From contig CAXXDV010000001.1 of NCBI GenBank assembly GCA_963674745.2, positions 224,001 through 288,000 of the forward strand: DNA of 64,000 nt, written 5' to 3'. A program made the translations under genes and the position numbers. Shown here one piece after another: positions 18,268 through 30,890 of this stretch. The notes under the pieces were generated by a model. It was not told the DNA's origin. It saw nothing but the letters and a program-made list of their open reading frames with translations, and made no database searches. Each line of letters begins with the position of its first letter. Position 1 is the first letter of the stretch. The DNA is from Desulfosudaceae bacterium. GTDB taxonomy: Bacteria; Desulfobacterota; Desulfobacteria; Desulfobacterales; Desulfosudaceae.

Positions 18268-19299
18268 TTATTCCTCTTCTTCACTATTCTCGTCTACCTG
18301 CGGTTCAAATCCTTCCAGGTTCATGCCCAGTGAAAGGCCCATTTCCGCAAGCAGCTCTTTGATTTCGTTAAGCGATTTTCGGCCGAAGTTTTTCGTCCGC
18401 AACATCTCGGCTTCGGTCTTCTGGACCAGTTGAAAAATCTTGTCGATTTTCGCGTTTTTGAGGCAATTGGAGCTTCTGACCGACAATTCCAGTTCATTTA
18501 CGCTTCTATGGAGATTTTCGTTAAACTCTTTGCTTTCTCCGGTTTCCTCTTTTTTCGAATATTCCGGTTCCGCGGTCTCGTCAAAATTAATAAACACGTT
18601 CATCTGTTCTTTTAAAATTTTGGCCGCAAACGAGACCGCGTCTTCCGGCAACACACTGCCGTCCGTATGAATTTCCATTGTCAATTTATCATAATCGGTT
18701 TTCTGTTTGACCCTGGCATTACCGACCACGTAGCTGATCCGTTTGATCGGTGAGAACACCGAATCAACAGGAATGGTACCGGCCGGGGCGTCCTCGTCGC
18801 GATTGCTTTCCGCAAGGTTGTAGCCTTTGCCCACCTTGACCGTCATGGTCATCTTCAGCTCGGCGCCTTCCGACAGGGTCGCGATATGTGCTTCGGGATT
18901 CAACACTTCAACCTGTCCGTCCCCGCTGACGATATCAGCGGCAGTAACCGCCCCCTCTCTTTTCACGTCAATGGTAATTTGCTTGGGGTCTGCGCTGGCG
19001 GTTTTCAAACGGACTTCTTTCAAGTTCAGTATAATTTCCGAAATATCTTCTAAGACACCTTCCATAGTGGTGTACTCGTGCATCACCGTTTCTATCTTTA
19101 CGGCTGTTACAGCGGCCCCGTGCAGGGAGGACAGCATAATCCGCCGAAGCGCATTGCCGATGGTGATGCCGAATCCGCGCGCCAGAGGTTCACAAACAAA
19201 CTTTCCATAAAAAGGGGTGGCAGTCTCTACCTGAATTTTTTCGGGCCTGATGATCTCCCGCCAATTCATGTACATCAGTTCATTCAATTCGTTTTCCAT
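18268..19299 (-). CDS. rpoA: RNA polymerase alpha subunit
   Basis: [38 protein letters not shown]. Confidence 0.98.
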   Translation of the reverse strand: MENELNELMYMNWREIIRPEKIQVETATPFYGKFVCEPLARGFGITIGNALRRIMLSSLHGAAVTAVKIETVMHEYTTMEGVLEDISEIILNLKEVRLKTASADPKQITIDVKREGAVTAADIVSGDGQVEVLNPEAHIATLSEGAELKMTMTVKVGKGYNLAESNRDEDAPAGTIPVDSVFSPIKRISYVVGNARVKQKTDYDKLTMEIHTDGSVLPEDAVSFAAKILKEQMNVFINFDETAEPEYSKKEETGESKEFNENLHRSVNELELSVRSSNCLKNAKIDKIFQLVQKTEAEMLRTKNFGRKSLNEIKELLAEMGLSLGMNLEGFEPQVDENSEEEE

Positions 19300-19409
19300 G
19301 GTGATCTCCCAAATAAACCGTAAAACGATTATTCGTCATGACGGCTTACCTTTATTTTTGTCTCGCAAACTGCCATTTGTCTGTGATTTATTGAAACCCG
19401 AATCCGGAT

Positions 19410-20036
19410 TTATTTAGAGTACAACTCAACAATAAACTGTTCGGAAATCGGCATCGTAATATCTTCTCTTGTCGGCAGACTCTGGACGACACCTTTTCGA
19501 TTGTCTTTTTCCAGCACCAACCACTGCGGAACGCCGCGGCGATCAACAGCCGCCAGCGAGTCAGACATGGCCTGCATTTCGCGGCTTTTTTCCACCGGTT
19601 CGATGGTATCACCGGGAGCGGTCAGGTAAGACGGAATGTTCACTTTCTTGCCGTTGACCAGAAAATGATTGTGACGGACAAAGTGACGGGCCTGGGCTCT
19701 GGAACTGACAAACCCCAGACGATAAACCACATTATCCAGCCGGCGCTCCAGAAGCACCAACAGGTTGGTACCGGTCATGCCTTGTTGACGATCGGCTTTA
19801 ACAAATATACGACGAAACTGGAGTTCAGACAGACCATACATGCGTTTGACCTTCTGTTTTTCACGTAACTGAACCCCATAGGGAGAAAACTTGGCGCGCA
19901 TCTGGCCGTGTTCTCCGGGCGGATATCCCCGGCGATCAAAGGCGCATTTATCGGAAAAACAACGATCTCCTTTGAGGAATAATTTTAAATTTTCACGCCT
20001 GCAAAGCCTGCAAACTGATTCTCTATATCTACCCAA
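19410..20036 (-). CDS. rpsD: 30S ribosomal protein S4
   Basis: [27 protein letters not shown]. Confidence 0.98.
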   Translation of the reverse strand: MGRYRESVCRLCRRENLKLFLKGDRCFSDKCAFDRRGYPPGEHGQMRAKFSPYGVQLREKQKVKRMYGLSELQFRRIFVKADRQQGMTGTNLLVLLERRLDNVVYRLGFVSSRAQARHFVRHNHFLVNGKKVNIPSYLTAPGDTIEPVEKSREMQAMSDSLAAVDRRGVPQWLVLEKDNRKGVVQSLPTREDITMPISEQFIVELYSK

Positions 20037-20101
20037 TTACTGCCTCCTTTGACAATCTATACGTAACAAGCGGGACAGTTGTTATCCCGTTTTCCGATTT
20101 A

Positions 20102-20497
20102 TTATACTCTCCGCCGTTTCGGTGGCCGACACCCGTTATGGGGAATAGGCGTGACGTCTTTTATGGTCGTAATCACCAACCCGGCCGCCTGCAGCGCGCG
20201 CAGGGCGGACTCTCTTCCCGGACCAGGGCCTTTGACATAAACTTCAACCGTCTTCATGCCGTGTACCATGGCCTTTTTGACCGCGTCTTCAGACGCCATC
20301 TGGGCGGCAAAGGGTGTGCTTTTCCGAGCGCCCTTGAACCCCCGTCCACCGGCTGAAGACCAGGCAATCACATTGCCGGTCACATCCGTTATGGTAATGA
20401 TGGTATTATTGAAGGTTGATTGAATATGCACCACGCCGGATGAAATATTCTTTCTTGCTGCTTTCTTTTCCTGAGACCCTTTAGATCCTTTAGCCAT
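20102..20497 (-). CDS. rpsK: 30S ribosomal protein S11
   Basis: [28 protein letters not shown]. Confidence 0.98.
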   Translation of the reverse strand: MAKGSKGSQEKKAARKNISSGVVHIQSTFNNTIITITDVTGNVIAWSSAGGRGFKGARKSTPFAAQMASEDAVKKAMVHGMKTVEVYVKGPGPGRESALRALQAAGLVITTIKDVTPIPHNGCRPPKRRRV

Positions 20498-20532
20498 TTA
20501 ACAAACCTGTCCGTTAAGATATGATTATGGAA

Positions 20533-20919
20533 TTATTTTTTCTTTCCGGCCGCGCCCTTTTTCTTAACCGCGGTGCGTCTGGGGCCCTTACGCGTGCGGG
20601 CATTGGTGCTGGTCCGCTGTCCATGACAGGGCAGCCCTTTCCTGTGCCGCAACCCCCGGTAGGAACCGAGATCCATGAGGCGTTTAATGTTCATGGAAAA
20701 TTCAGTCCGCAGCTCACCTTCGACCTTGTAATCATTGGTCACAATGGTCCGGATGTCGTTAATCTCTGTCTCGGTCAACTGACCGACCTTGGTATCATAA
20801 TTGATATTCACCAGGTCCAGGATTTTCCTGGAGGTGGAACGACCAATGCCGAATATATATGTCAGCCCTATTTCTACCCGCTTGTCTTTCGGTAAGTCTA
20901 CGCCAGCAATTCTTGCCAA
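20533..20919 (-). CDS. rpsM: 30S ribosomal protein S13
   Basis: [29 protein letters not shown]. Confidence 0.98.
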   Translation of the reverse strand: MARIAGVDLPKDKRVEIGLTYIFGIGRSTSRKILDLVNINYDTKVGQLTETEINDIRTIVTNDYKVEGELRTEFSMNIKRLMDLGSYRGLRHRKGLPCHGQRTSTNARTRKGPRRTAVKKKGAAGKKK

Positions 20920-20943
20920 AGCACGATCCTCCTGTTTTTAAAA

Positions 20944-21057
20944 CTATCCCTGTCTCTGATTGTGTTTTTTGTTAACACAAATGATTCTGACAACGCCCTT
21001 GCGTCGAACCACCTTGCAGTTTCTACACATCTTCTTGACTGATGCCCTGACTTTCAT
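20944..21057 (-). CDS. rpmJ: 50S ribosomal protein L36 (Zn-ribbon form)
   Basis: Hand translation [37 protein letters not shown]; below the ORF-track cutoff. Confidence 0.97.
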   Translation of the reverse strand: MKVRASVKKMCRNCKVVRRKGVVRIICVNKKHNQRQG

Positions 21058-21137
21058 AACTCTATACTCCTAGCAGCTGATATGTACGCCACAGTCAGTC
21101 TGCCCATCTGGCCGCCTGTCCGTCATATCCATATAAT

Positions 21138-21356
21138 TTATTTCGACCGGAACGTAATTCTTCCGCGTGAAAGATCGTACGGAGACAGCTCCACCGTTAC
21201 TTTGTCACCCGGCAGAATTTTAATAAAATACATCCGCATTTTACCGGATATATGCGCCAGCACCTGGTGCTTGTTTTCAAGCTCCACCTTGAACATGGCG
21301 TTGGGTAATGTCTCCAGAACAGTACCTTCAACTTTTATTGCTTCTTCTTTTGCCAT
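21138..21356 (-). CDS. infA: Translation initiation factor IF-1
   Basis: [37 protein letters not shown]. Confidence 0.98.
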   Translation of the reverse strand: MAKEEAIKVEGTVLETLPNAMFKVELENKHQVLAHISGKMRMYFIKILPGDKVTVELSPYDLSRGRITFRSK

Positions 21357-21382
21357 CTACCGACAGGCCTCCAATAATCGAG

Positions 21383-22672
21383 CTATCGTGTTCTTGCCAC
21401 TCTTTTTTTCAAAAACCCTTCGTAGTTTCTCTGTATCATATGCGATTCGATCTGGGCCACGGTATCCACCATGACCTGAACGACAATCAACAGAGCCGTA
21501 CCGCCAAAATAAAAGGGAATATTAAACCGCGTCATCAAGACCGAGGGCAGTACGCAAACCGCGGAGACATAAATGGCACCACCGAGGGTGATGCGGGTCA
21601 ACACCTTGTCAATGTAATCCGCGGTCCGTTTTCCCGGCCGGATACCCGGAATATAACCGCCTTGTTTTTTTAAATTTTCAGCCACATCATCAGGTTTAAA
21701 CGTGACTGCCGTATAGAAGTAGCAAAAGAAAAATATCAGCGCCACATAAAAAATATCGTAAAGCAGATACCCCGGCCGCAATGCCGAGGAGACGCTCTGA
21801 AGCGCCGGTATCTGAATAAATCCCGCCACGGTCGCCGGAAACATCATGATCGACGAAGCGAAAATAGGCGGAATAACACCGGAGGTATTGATCTTCAGCG
21901 GCAGGTGCGTACTCTGTCCGCCGTACATCTTCCGGCCGACCACCCGCTTGGCATATTGAATGGGAATCCGGCGCTGGCCCTGTTCCACAAAAATGATAAC
22001 CCCGATCACGGCAATCATCAATGCCATCAGAACGATCAGCCCGAAAACGCCCATGTCACCGGTGATCATCAGCCGGGATGTGTTGGCGGCGGCCGAAGGC
22101 ATACGGGCCACGATTCCGGCACAGATAATCAGCGAGATACCATTGCCGATACCGCGCTCGGTGATCTGCTCACCCAGCCACATGATAAAAGCCGTACCGG
22201 CCGTCAGTGTAATGATGGTCATGAGTCGAAACGACCATCCCGGGTCGATGACGGCACCCATTTTTTCAATACCCACAGCGATCAGAAAGCCCTGGACAAT
22301 ACTCAGCCCGACGGTTCCATACCGGGTATACTGGGTCAACTTCTTTCTGCCCTGCTCACCTTCCTTTTTCAACTGCTCCAGGTGGGGAACGGCAACCGTC
22401 AAAAGCTCGATAATAATGGCCGCGCTGATGTAAGGCATAATGCCCAGCGCAAAAATGGACAGCTGCTCCAGGGCCCCGCCGGAAAACATGTTGAACATGC
22501 CCAGCATACCGCCTTTGTGCTGCTCAAAAATCTGCGCCAGAATTTCGGCGTTAATTCCCGGTGTGGGAATCTGAACGCCGATCCGATAAACAGCCAGAAG
22601 CGCCAGTGTAAACAGGATGCGCCGCTTCAGCTCCGGTATCTTGAATATATTCTGATAGCCGCTGCCAAACAT
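21383..22672 (-). CDS. secY: Preprotein translocase SecY
   Basis: [38 protein letters not shown]. Confidence 0.98.
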   Translation of the reverse strand: MFGSGYQNIFKIPELKRRILFTLALLAVYRIGVQIPTPGINAEILAQIFEQHKGGMLGMFNMFSGGALEQLSIFALGIMPYISAAIIIELLTVAVPHLEQLKKEGEQGRKKLTQYTRYGTVGLSIVQGFLIAVGIEKMGAVIDPGWSFRLMTIITLTAGTAFIMWLGEQITERGIGNGISLIICAGIVARMPSAAANTSRLMITGDMGVFGLIVLMALMIAVIGVIIFVEQGQRRIPIQYAKRVVGRKMYGGQSTHLPLKINTSGVIPPIFASSIMMFPATVAGFIQIPALQSVSSALRPGYLLYDIFYVALIFFFCYFYTAVTFKPDDVAENLKKQGGYIPGIRPGKRTADYIDKVLTRITLGGAIYVSAVCVLPSVLMTRFNIPFYFGGTALLIVVQVMVDTVAQIESHMIQRNYEGFLKKRVARTR

Positions 22673-23121
22673 TAACTGACCACCTCAATGGTGCCGCCGG
22701 CGGACTCCACCTTCGCCCGGGCGCTTTTGCTGACACTGTTGATTTTAATGGTAAGCGGATGTTTAATGTCGCCCTGACCGAGGAGCTTTATCCCGTCAAA
22801 ACGGTTTTTTACCAGCCCTTTTTCCCGCAGCAGGTTCTCGTCAACCACACTGCCGCTTTCAAATCCGGACAGATCCCTGAGATTGATGGTCGCAATACGT
22901 TTGGCAAAAATATTGGTAAAGCCCCGTTTGGGAAGCCTCCGGTGCAATGGCATCTGCCCGCCTTCAAACCCGGGTCTGACACCGCCGCCGGCCCGGCTGT
23001 TTTCACCTTTTGTTCCTTTGCCGGCCGTTGTGCCCCATCCGGAACCCGGTCCCCGTCCAAGACGTTTTTTGGCTTTTCTGGATCCCTTGGCCGGTGATAA
23101 TTCGTTAAGCCTCATCGACAT
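22672..23121 (-). CDS. rplO: 50S ribosomal protein L15
   Basis: [33 protein letters not shown]. Confidence 0.97.
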   Translation of the reverse strand: MSMRLNELSPAKGSRKAKKRLGRGPGSGWGTTAGKGTKGENSRAGGGVRPGFEGGQMPLHRRLPKRGFTNIFAKRIATINLRDLSGFESGSVVDENLLREKGLVKNRFDGIKLLGQGDIKHPLTIKINSVSKSARAKVESAGGTIEVVS

Positions 23122-23299
23122 TCTCCTTCACCATCACAAGATGCGAGACCTTATTGATCATCCCTTGCACAGTCGGTGTATCCTGCAGACAGACAGTTTT
23201 GTTTACTTTTGTCAACCCCATAGCCAACAGTACTTTGCGGTGCTTTTGGGGTCGTCCGATCATACTTTTAGTCAATGTAATGTTCAATATCCCTGACAT
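23105..23299 (-). CDS. rpmD: 50S ribosomal protein L30
   Basis: ITLTKSMIGR, GMINKVSHLV; operon position. Confidence 0.96.
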   Translation of the reverse strand: MSGILNITLTKSMIGRPQKHRKVLLAMGLTKVNKTVCLQDTPTVQGMINKVSHLVMVKENVDEA

Positions 23300-23320
23300 G
23301 ATTCACGCCTTTACCGAATT

Positions 23321-23815
23321 CTATAAGTCTTCGACAGATATTCCCCGTCGAGCCGCGACCTGTTCACGGCTCTGAAGCTCTTTCAGCCCCATGATGGTCG
23401 CCTTGACAACATTATGCGCATTTCGTGTGCCCATACATTTGGTCAGAATGTCGGTTATACCGACAGCTTCCAGGACCGCACGCACGCCGCCGCCGGCGAT
23501 GACCCCCGTTCCTTTCGAAGCGGGTTTCAAAAACACTCGACCGGCACCGTATTTTCCGATGGTCGAATAGGGAATCGTCCCTTCAACCAACGAAACATTA
23601 ATCATGTTCCTTTTGGCCTTTTCAGCACCTTTACGAATCGCCTCCGGCACTTCAGCCGCCTTGCCAAGGCCGTATCCGACGCTGCCCTTACCGTCCCCGA
23701 CAACAACCATGGCGCTGAAATGGAACTTGCGTCCACCCTTAACAACCTTGGAAACACGTTTGATATGCACCACGTTATCAATCAACTGGAGTTCGTCTTT
23801 TTCCTGTTTTAACAA
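23321..23815 (-). CDS. rpsE: 30S ribosomal protein S5
   Basis: [18 protein letters not shown]. Confidence 0.98.
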   Translation of the reverse strand: MLKQEKDELQLIDNVVHIKRVSKVVKGGRKFHFSAMVVVGDGKGSVGYGLGKAAEVPEAIRKGAEKAKRNMINVSLVEGTIPYSTIGKYGAGRVFLKPASKGTGVIAGGGVRAVLEAVGITDILTKCMGTRNAHNVVKATIMGLKELQSREQVAARRGISVEDL

Positions 23816-23888
23816 ACGGCTGCCTCCTCAATATATCTGTCTTGTTTCTTTTTCTTCCGGGAACGAATTGTCTGGGACATCCCGGTCG

Positions 23889-24263
23889 TTAACATTTCAA
23901 CCCTGCTTCACGTGCCCCTTCCAGCACCGCCTTGACCCGTCCATGGTACAGAAAGCCGCCCCGGTCGAACACCACCGCGGTAATGCCTTTCTCCATGGCC
24001 CGCTGGGCTGCCAGCTTGCCCACATAAGTGGCCCGTTCTACTTTCTTTTTCCCGGTCATTTCCGGGCTTTCCTTTACGGCTTTTTCATTGGTAGAGGCCA
24101 TAACAAAGGTCTGCCCTTTGGTATCATCAATAATCTGGGCGCTGATATGCCGGGCGCTCCTGAAAACGCAGAATCTTGGACGCTCCGGCGTGCCATAAAT
24201 TTTTTTACGTATTCTGGTTTTTCTTCTCTGCCGCAGTTGCCGTTTTACGCTTGTGGTACCCAT
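23889..24263 (-). CDS. rplR: 50S ribosomal protein L18
   Basis: [25 protein letters not shown]. Confidence 0.97.
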   Translation of the reverse strand: MGTTSVKRQLRQRRKTRIRKKIYGTPERPRFCVFRSARHISAQIIDDTKGQTFVMASTNEKAVKESPEMTGKKKVERATYVGKLAAQRAMEKGITAVVFDRGGFLYHGRVKAVLEGAREAGLKC

Positions 24264-24280
24264 GTTCTACCCTTTATGAT

Positions 24281-24811
24281 TTATGCCGTCTTTCCGGCCT
24301 TTCTTTGAATATACTCATCCGTGTATTTAATACCCCGGCCTTTATAAGGCTCGGGGGGCCTGAGCCTTCTGATGGAAGCGGCCGTATTTCCCAAAAGTTC
24401 TTTATCGATACTGGACAGGGTCAGCACATTCTTCTCGACCGCGGCGGAAACCCCCTCCGGGAGCGGGAAGTCGATCGGATGGGAGAATCCGATATTCAAC
24501 AGGACATTGCTGCCCTTGACTTCAACCTTGTAACCGATCCCGTTTATCTCAAGGCTGCGCTGATACTTTTTGTCAACGCCTTCAATCATATTAAAGACCA
24601 GAGACCTGGTGAGCCCCTGAAAGGCCAGGGTTTTACGTTCATCGTTAACTGTCGTCACGCTGATGACACCGTCTTCGATCTTTAAATCGACATCCGGATG
24701 CAGATTGCGTGACAGGGTTCCGTGCTCACCTTTCACGGTAATACACTTATCGGCATAGGTAACCTTTACCTTGTCCGGTATTTGAATCAGTTTCTTGCCA
24801 ACTCGAGCCAT
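24281..24811 (-). CDS. rplF: 50S ribosomal protein L6
   Basis: MARVGKKLI, GFSHP, RPPEPYKGRGI. Confidence 0.98.
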   Translation of the reverse strand: MARVGKKLIQIPDKVKVTYADKCITVKGEHGTLSRNLHPDVDLKIEDGVISVTTVNDERKTLAFQGLTRSLVFNMIEGVDKKYQRSLEINGIGYKVEVKGSNVLLNIGFSHPIDFPLPEGVSAAVEKNVLTLSSIDKELLGNTAASIRRLRPPEPYKGRGIKYTDEYIQRKAGKTA

Positions 24812-24826
24812 CCTTCACACCTCTTT

Positions 24827-25225
24827 CTACCAGACAGTACAGAGGATTTCGCCTCCGACATTTTCCTTAACCGCCTGCTTGTCCGTCATTAATCCTTTGG
24901 ATGTCGACAGGATCGCAATCCCCGTTCCGCTTCTGACCGGAACGATGTCCTTGCCTTTCGTGTATACACGACGCCCTGTCTTGCTCACCCGCTCAATTCC
25001 GTAAATGACATGGTTTTGTGTCTTGTCGAATTTCAGATAAACACGCAGTACACCCTGCTTGCCATCTTTGATAAACTTGAAATTCTTGATATACCCCTGT
25101 TCCTTGAGTATGGCCGCAATGTCTGTTTTCAGCCTTGAACCGGGTATATCCACGCGGCTGTGCCTGGCTCGGCCGGCGTTTCTGATCCGCGTCAGCATGT
25201 CCGCAATTGGGTCACTCATCGACAT
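24827..25225 (-). CDS. rpsH: 30S ribosomal protein S8
   Basis: DPIADMLTRIRNA, STSKG, GGEILCTVW. Confidence 0.98.
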   Translation of the reverse strand: MSMSDPIADMLTRIRNAGRARHSRVDIPGSRLKTDIAAILKEQGYIKNFKFIKDGKQGVLRVYLKFDKTQNHVIYGIERVSKTGRRVYTKGKDIVPVRSGTGIAILSTSKGLMTDKQAVKENVGGEILCTVW

Positions 25226-25304
25226 GATTTTTCTTGCCTTTCCTTTGTGCTGTCCTGGTTGTCTTTATTCGCGCGTTACCTGATCAGCATAACTTAATAT
25301 TCGA

Positions 25305-25490
25305 TTACCAGCTTGACTTGGTCACCCCGGGCAGTTTTCCGGTTGACGCCAGTTCCCTGAAACAAATACGGCAGATACCAAATTTTCTGATAAATGCCCT
25401 GGGGCGCCCGCAGAGGGGACACCTGTTATATTGTCTGACACTGAACTTAGGCTTTCGTGCAGCCTTGATCATAAGGGCTTTTTTGGCCAA
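25305..25490 (-). CDS. rpsN: 30S ribosomal protein S14, type Z (61 aa)
   Basis: TTG start at 25490: [10 protein letters not shown]...RCPLCGRP...ICRICFRE...KSSW. Confidence 0.96.
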   Translation of the reverse strand: MAKKALMIKAARKPKFSVRQYNRCPLCGRPRAFIRKFGICRICFRELASTGKLPGVTKSSW

Positions 25491-25512
25491 AATAATCCTC
25501 CCGTTAGTATAT

Positions 25513-26058
25513 TTAGCTCTTAAAAGGCATTCCCATTTCCCGCAGCAACACCCTGGCTTCATCATCGGTGTTGGCCGTGGTAACGATGGTAATATTCAAC
25601 CCTTTAATTTTGTCAATTTTATCATATTCGATTTCAGGAAAAACGATCTGCTCTTTCAAACCGATGGTATAATTACCCCGGCCGTCAAAAGCACCAGCGG
25701 AAATACCGCGAAAGTCCCGGACCCGGGGCAGCGCGATATTCACCAGCTTGTTATAAAAATCGTACATCCGGGTCCTGCGCAATGTCACCATACACCCGAT
25801 AGGCATGCCTTTTCTGAGCTTAAAGGCCGCGATCGACTTCTTGGCGCGCCGGATAACCGGTTGCTGGCCCGCGATAGTCCTTAATTCCTCAACCGCAGAG
25901 TCCAGAATTTTTATATTGTTTATCGCCTCGCCCATTCCCATGTTAAGGACAATTTTTTCCAGTTTGGGCACCTGCATGGGATTGGTATAGCCCAGCTGTT
26001 CCTTCAACTTGGGCGTCACTTCATTCATATAAAAATCTCTAAACGACGACATCACCAC
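25513..26058 (-). CDS. rplE: 50S ribosomal protein L5
   Basis: [28 protein letters not shown]. Confidence 0.98.
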   Translation of the reverse strand: MVMSSFRDFYMNEVTPKLKEQLGYTNPMQVPKLEKIVLNMGMGEAINNIKILDSAVEELRTIAGQQPVIRRAKKSIAAFKLRKGMPIGCMVTLRRTRMYDFYNKLVNIALPRVRDFRGISAGAFDGRGNYTIGLKEQIVFPEIEYDKIDKIKGLNITIVTTANTDDEARVLLREMGMPFKS

Positions 26059-26075
26059 TCCTGTCTCAACAGCTA

Positions 26076-26402
26076 TCAGTCAATAGTTTCGTTACAATTC
26101 GAGCACATCCGAAGTTTTTTTCCATCTTCCAGCTGTTTAATCTTAATCCTGACGGGTTTAACACATTTGCTGCACATCAGCATCACATTTGACCGATGAA
26201 TGGGAACTTCCTTTTCAACAATACCGCCTTCACGGAACTGGGCATTGGGGCGACGATGGTGCTTCATCATATTGATGTTCTCCACCATGACTCTGTCCTT
26301 TTTTGCATCTACGGACAGCACCTTGCCGATCTTCCCCCGGTCTTTGCCGGATATGACTTTTACCTTATCGTTCTTTTTAATATTCATACTGTTTCGTTGC
26401 AT
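26076..26402 (-). CDS. rplX: 50S ribosomal protein L24
   Basis: [24 protein letters not shown]. Confidence 0.97.
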   Translation of the reverse strand: MQRNSMNIKKNDKVKVISGKDRGKIGKVLSVDAKKDRVMVENINMMKHHRRPNAQFREGGIVEKEVPIHRSNVMLMCSKCVKPVRIKIKQLEDGKKLRMCSNCNETID

Positions 26403-26431
26403 TACCCCTGTCTCCGTCTCCGCAAAACCGG

Positions 26432-26800
26432 CTACAACACCTCAGGCGCCAGTGAGATAATTTTCATAAACTTTTTGGCCCGCAGCTCCCTGGCAACAGG
26501 GCCGAAAATACGCGTGCCGAGGGGTTCGTTGTTACCACCGATGAGCACGGCGGAATTATCATCAAACCGGATATAAGAACCATCCGGCCGTTTGGTTTCT
26601 TTTCTGGTCCGGACAATGACCGCCTTGAGCACGTCCCCTTTTTTAACCTTGGAGTTCGGGACCGCTTCTTTGACGGATACAACGATTACATCACCGATCG
26701 AGGCGACTTTCCGTTTGGAGCCTCCCAGCACTTTGATGCAATAGACAATTTTAGCGCCTGAATTGTCGGCCACCTTCAGCCTTGTTTCAACCTGGATCAT
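26432..26800 (-). CDS. rplN: 50S ribosomal protein L14
   Basis: [27 protein letters not shown]. Confidence 0.98.
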   Translation of the reverse strand: MIQVETRLKVADNSGAKIVYCIKVLGGSKRKVASIGDVIVVSVKEAVPNSKVKKGDVLKAVIVRTRKETKRPDGSYIRFDDNSAVLIGGNNEPLGTRIFGPVARELRAKKFMKIISLAPEVL

Positions 26801-26818
26801 TTCTCTATTCCTTTATGC

Positions 26819-27076
26819 TCAAACAGCCTTTTCGACAATATCGGACACGCGCCATCGCTTGGTACGACTTAACGGCCGGGACTCCGTGATCACAACCCGA
26901 TCACCCACACCGCACTGGTTGGCTTCATCATGCGCGGAAAACTTGGATTTCCGTTTTATATATTTTTTATACGTCGCATGCTTGACAAGCTGCTCCACCA
27001 CCACCACGACAGTTTTATCCATTTTGTCGCTGACCACAATCCCTTCAAGTCGTCTTTTCAGTCCTCTGGCTTTCAT
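26819..27076 (-). CDS. rpsQ: 30S ribosomal protein S17
   Basis: [22 protein letters not shown]. Confidence 0.98.
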   Translation of the reverse strand: MKARGLKRRLEGIVVSDKMDKTVVVVVEQLVKHATYKKYIKRKSKFSAHDEANQCGVGDRVVITESRPLSRTKRWRVSDIVEKAV

Positions 27077-27094
27077 GCTTACCTTGCTGTATAT

Positions 27095-27286
27095 TTAGGA
27101 TTTTATCTTGATGTTCAACTCGGTTTTTACCCTGGCGATATCTCGGCGGGCATCTTTCAAGGCACTGGTTTTTTCAAGTTGCCCGGTCTCATGCCGAAAA
27201 CGCAAATTGAAATAGGCCTCTTCAAGTTCGGTGAGTTTTGCCCTCATCTCGTCAACACTTAAAGTTCTAACATCCGCGGCTTTCAT
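27095..27286 (-). CDS. rpmC: 50S ribosomal protein L29
   Basis: MKAADVR, FNLRF, RRDIARVKT; TAATG overlap with rplP. Confidence 0.96.
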   Translation of the reverse strand: MKAADVRTLSVDEMRAKLTELEEAYFNLRFRHETGQLEKTSALKDARRDIARVKTELNIKIKS

Positions 27287-27699
27287 TATATTTCTTCCCA
27301 TCTGACAAACTTGGTTTTTACAGGCAACTTGTAGGCAGCCAGCCGCAACGCTTCTTTGGCCACATCTTCCGAAACGCCGCCCATTTCATAAAGTATTCTT
27401 CCGGGACGTACAATCGCGCCCCACCCTTCAGTGGCGCCCTTGCCTTTTCCCATCCGCACTTCAGCCGGTTTCTTGGTAAAAGGTTTATCGGGAAAAATGC
27501 GGATCCAGGTTTTACCGCTTCTCTTGGCATACCGTGTCATAGCGATACGTGCGGCCTCAATCTGCCTTGAGGTAATCATGCCACATTCGACCGCCTGGAG
27601 GCCGAACTCACCAAAATTAACAGTGGTGCCGCAAGTCCGGGTGCCGCGCATTCTACCCCGCTGCTGTTTTCTATATTTTACCTTTTTAGGGCTTAACAT
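27286..27699 (-). CDS. rplP: 50S ribosomal protein L16
   Basis: [25 protein letters not shown]. Confidence 0.98.
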   Translation of the reverse strand: MLSPKKVKYRKQQRGRMRGTRTCGTTVNFGEFGLQAVECGMITSRQIEAARIAMTRYAKRSGKTWIRIFPDKPFTKKPAEVRMGKGKGATEGWGAIVRPGRILYEMGGVSEDVAKEALRLAAYKLPVKTKFVRWEEI

Positions 27700-27723
27700 A
27701 ACCGTCTACTCCTGCTATCCGTT

Positions 27724-28377
27724 TTATCCTTTGTTCTTATGTTCTTTTTTCAAAACCTCGCCCTTGAACAGAAACACCTTAACCCCTATGGTGCCATAGG
27801 TGGTTCTGGCTTCCACAAACCCGTAATCCACATCGGCTCTCAATGTATGAAGGGGGACACGGCCTTCTTTATACCATTCGGTTCGGGCCATTTCGGCACC
27901 GCCCAGACGTCCGGAACAGATAATTTTAATCCCCTGGGCGCCGAACTTCATCGAGGCGGTCACCCCTCTTTTCATGGCACGCCTGAAGGCCACCCGTCGT
28001 TCAAGCTGACTGGCGACATTTTCGGCAACCAGTTGCGCAACGATTTCCGGTTTCTTCACTTCCTGGATATCAATGCTGAGGTCTTTTCCGGGAACGATCT
28101 TTTTAATGATCTCATTTTTGAGCTGCTCGATCTCGAAACCTTTTTTTCCGATCACGATACCCGGCCGGGCGGCAAAAATCCGAAGTCGAATACGGTTAAA
28201 GGAACGCTCAATTTCAACTTTTTCAATACCGGCATGTTTTAATTTTGCTTTAATAAACTCCCGCAACCTGAAGTCTTCGAGAATAAAATCAGCGTACTCT
28301 TTATCCGCATACCACTGCGAGTCCCAAGTTCGGATAATACCCAATCTTAACCCGAGTGGATTTACTTTCTGACCCAA
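27724..28377 (-). CDS. rpsC: 30S ribosomal protein S3
   Basis: [32 protein letters not shown]. Confidence 0.98.
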   Translation of the reverse strand: MGQKVNPLGLRLGIIRTWDSQWYADKEYADFILEDFRLREFIKAKLKHAGIEKVEIERSFNRIRLRIFAARPGIVIGKKGFEIEQLKNEIIKKIVPGKDLSIDIQEVKKPEIVAQLVAENVASQLERRVAFRRAMKRGVTASMKFGAQGIKIICSGRLGGAEMARTEWYKEGRVPLHTLRADVDYGFVEARTTYGTIGVKVFLFKGEVLKKEHKNKG

Positions 28378-28393
28378 AGTACGTTCTCCTTTC

Positions 28394-28735
28394 TTATGAA
28401 ACCGATTCTTCGGACAAAATTACCGTGATATGACTTGTCCGCTTCAATATTTTTGACGCTCTGCCGCGGGCGCGAGGTCTGAACCGCTTGAGCGATGGCC
28501 CCTGGTCAACACAGATATTAGCGATTATTAGGGAATCCACATCCATATTTTTTTCTTCCGCACTGGCAACAGCCGATCGGACCGTTTTTTCGATAAACCC
28601 GGCCGCTTTCTGCGGCATGAACTTAAGACTGTCAAGCCCTGCCTGAACCGGTTTGCCTTTAACAGTGTGGATCAGCCGGCGAACTTTCTGCGGCGACGTC
28701 CGTAAATATTTCGATACCGCCCTTACTTCCTCCAT
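28394..28735 (-). CDS. rplV: 50S ribosomal protein L22
   Basis: [20 protein letters not shown]. Confidence 0.97.
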   Translation of the reverse strand: MEEVRAVSKYLRTSPQKVRRLIHTVKGKPVQAGLDSLKFMPQKAAGFIEKTVRSAVASAEEKNMDVDSLIIANICVDQGPSLKRFRPRARGRASKILKRTSHITVILSEESVS

Positions 28736-28787
28736 GTCACGTATCCCTTAATTTCTCTTTTCTATATATTGCTTTGTATCGATCTGC

Positions 28788-29066
28788 CTATTTTACTTTT
28801 GATTTCTTGGAGCCGGCATGCCCGTAAAACGTCCGGGTCGGGGAGAACTCGCCCAGTTTATGCCCCACCATGTTCTCCGTAACAAAAACCGGTACAAACT
28901 TTTTTCCGTTATGAACGGCAAAGGTCAGGCCGACCATTTCCGGTATGATCGTTGATCGCCTGGACCAGGTTTTAATGACATGGCTGCTTTTGGTGCTCCT
29001 TGCGACATTTATTTTTTTCTCAAGGCCGGCGTCAATAAATGGCCCTTTTTTTAAAGACCGTGGCAT
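28788..29066 (-). CDS. rpsS: 30S ribosomal protein S19
   Basis: [27 protein letters not shown]. Confidence 0.98.
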   Translation of the reverse strand: MPRSLKKGPFIDAGLEKKINVARSTKSSHVIKTWSRRSTIIPEMVGLTFAVHNGKKFVPVFVTENMVGHKLGEFSPTRTFYGHAGSKKSKVK

Positions 29067-29084
29067 AAAATAAGTCTCCCCGTA

Positions 29085-29912
29085 TTATTTCTTTCGTCTG
29101 TTGACGATGTATTGATCCGTTCGTTTGTTTTTCCTTGTGCGGACACCTTTGGTCTTCCATCCCCAGGGTGAGCAGGGATGACGGCCGCCTGATGATCGCC
29201 CTTCACCACCGCCCATGGGATGATCGACCGGGTTCATCACAACACCGCGGACAGTGGGGCGTACCCCCAGCCAGCGGCTGCGTCCGGCCTTACCCAGTGA
29301 GACGTCATCATGATCGACATTGCCGACCCGACCGACAGTCGCCATACAACGGGCCAGGATTTTCCTCATTTCTCCGGAAGGCAGCCTGACAAGCGCGTAT
29401 TTTTTCTCTTTGGCCATCAATTTGGCATAAGCGCCGGCACTTCGGACAATCTGGCCGCCCTTGCCGAGCCTCAATTCAATATTATGAATTTCCGTACCCA
29501 GCGGCATACTTTCAATGGTCTTGGCATTCCCGGGTTTGAGTTCGGCTTCCGGACCGCTCATGACCGTATCCCCGACATTCAGGTTTACCGGGGCCAGAAT
29601 ATAACGTTTTTCACCATCCGCGTAAGAAAGCAGAGCGATCCTGGCCGACCGGTTGGGATCATATTCTATATCCGTCACTTTGGCCGGTATGTTAATTTTA
29701 TCGCGTTTGAAATCGATCACCCGATAATGCCGTTTATGACCGCCGCCCTTGTGCCTGCAGGTGATACGCCCGTTGGCATTTCGACCGCCGGTCTTTTTCA
29801 AAGGTTTTATCAACCCCTTGACGGAAGGCTTTTTAGCCGTAATCTCCTCAAAAGTTGAATATTCCTGGAATCTCCTTCCGGGAGATGTTGCTTTTACTTT
29901 TCGAATACCCAT
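29085..29912 (-). CDS. rplB: 50S ribosomal protein L2
   Basis: [27 protein letters not shown]. Confidence 0.98.
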   Translation of the reverse strand: MGIRKVKATSPGRRFQEYSTFEEITAKKPSVKGLIKPLKKTGGRNANGRITCRHKGGGHKRHYRVIDFKRDKINIPAKVTDIEYDPNRSARIALLSYADGEKRYILAPVNLNVGDTVMSGPEAELKPGNAKTIESMPLGTEIHNIELRLGKGGQIVRSAGAYAKLMAKEKKYALVRLPSGEMRKILARCMATVGRVGNVDHDDVSLGKAGRSRWLGVRPTVRGVVMNPVDHPMGGGEGRSSGGRHPCSPWGWKTKGVRTRKNKRTDQYIVNRRKK

Positions 29913-29927
29913 TTATGCTCCTCCGGA

Positions 29928-30215
29928 TCAGACACCGTCAAAAAAATCGATTCGTTCACCGGGCATTAACGTGACGATGGCTTTTTTCCAGTCCCGCCGT
30001 TTTCCAATGTGTCTGCCCATCCGCTTTTTCTTGCCCTTGACCTGCATGGTGCGAACAGTCGCCACCCTGGTTTTGAATATCTGTTCCACCGCTCTGGCGA
30101 TTTCAACCCGGTTCGCACGCCGATCCACTTCGAACGTTATCTGATTGGCCTCCTCCTGCTGAATATTGGTTTTTTCCGTATTCAGCGGCCGTTTGATCAA
30201 TTCGTATGCCAACAT
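29928..30215 (-). CDS. rplW: 50S ribosomal protein L23
   Basis: [23 protein letters not shown]; start moved to the ATG at 30215. Confidence 0.96.
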   Translation of the reverse strand: MLAYELIKRPLNTEKTNIQQEEANQITFEVDRRANRVEIARAVEQIFKTRVATVRTMQVKGKKKRMGRHIGKRRDWKKAIVTLMPGERIDFFDGV

Positions 30216-30216
30216 T

Positions 30217-30849
30217 TTAAGAAAGTCTCCCTTCAATAGCCGCCAGGGCCGATTCCTGAACAACAAGATGCTCATATTTCAGGATGTCATAAACATTCAG
30301 CCCTTCATACCTGAGCACCTTTACACCGGGGATGTTTCTCGATGACAGTTCGAGGGTTTCGTTTTGTTCTTCGGTTACAAACAGCACGCTTTTCTGTCCC
30401 AGTGCCTTGAGCATGTCAACAACGGCTTTGGTCTTTATCTGATCCATTTTCAGGTTGTCGACCACTGTGACGGCGTTGTCCTGCAGTTTGCTGGCCAGTG
30501 CCATTTTCAAGGCGGCTTTTCTTATCTTCTTGGGCACCGTATACGCGTATCGTCGGCCGTTCGGACCGAAGGTTACACCGCCGCCCTTGAGTAACGGCGA
30601 CCGGATATCACCGCGTCTGGCCCGGCCTGTACCTTTCTGCCTGTACAGCTTGACGGTGCTTCCCACAACATCGGATCGGGACTTGGCAGAAGCCGTCCCG
30701 GATCGCCTGTTCGCCAGCTGCATGGTTACCACCTCGTGCAGAACACTCTTTTTGACCTCAACATCAAAAATGCTATCCGGAAGTTCTGCCTTTGAAACAG
30801 TTTCCCCGTTCATATTTTTAACTTCTGTCGCAGCCATATTCTTTTTCAC
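30217..30849 (-). CDS. rplD: 50S ribosomal protein L4
   Basis: [28 protein letters not shown]. Confidence 0.97.
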   Translation of the reverse strand: MKKNMAATEVKNMNGETVSKAELPDSIFDVEVKKSVLHEVVTMQLANRRSGTASAKSRSDVVGSTVKLYRQKGTGRARRGDIRSPLLKGGGVTFGPNGRRYAYTVPKKIRKAALKMALASKLQDNAVTVVDNLKMDQIKTKAVVDMLKALGQKSVLFVTEEQNETLELSSRNIPGVKVLRYEGLNVYDILKYEHLVVQESALAAIEGRLS

Positions 30850-30890
30850 CTAATCATCATTCCGCGCCGGCAGCCGATCACGTCCGCCCG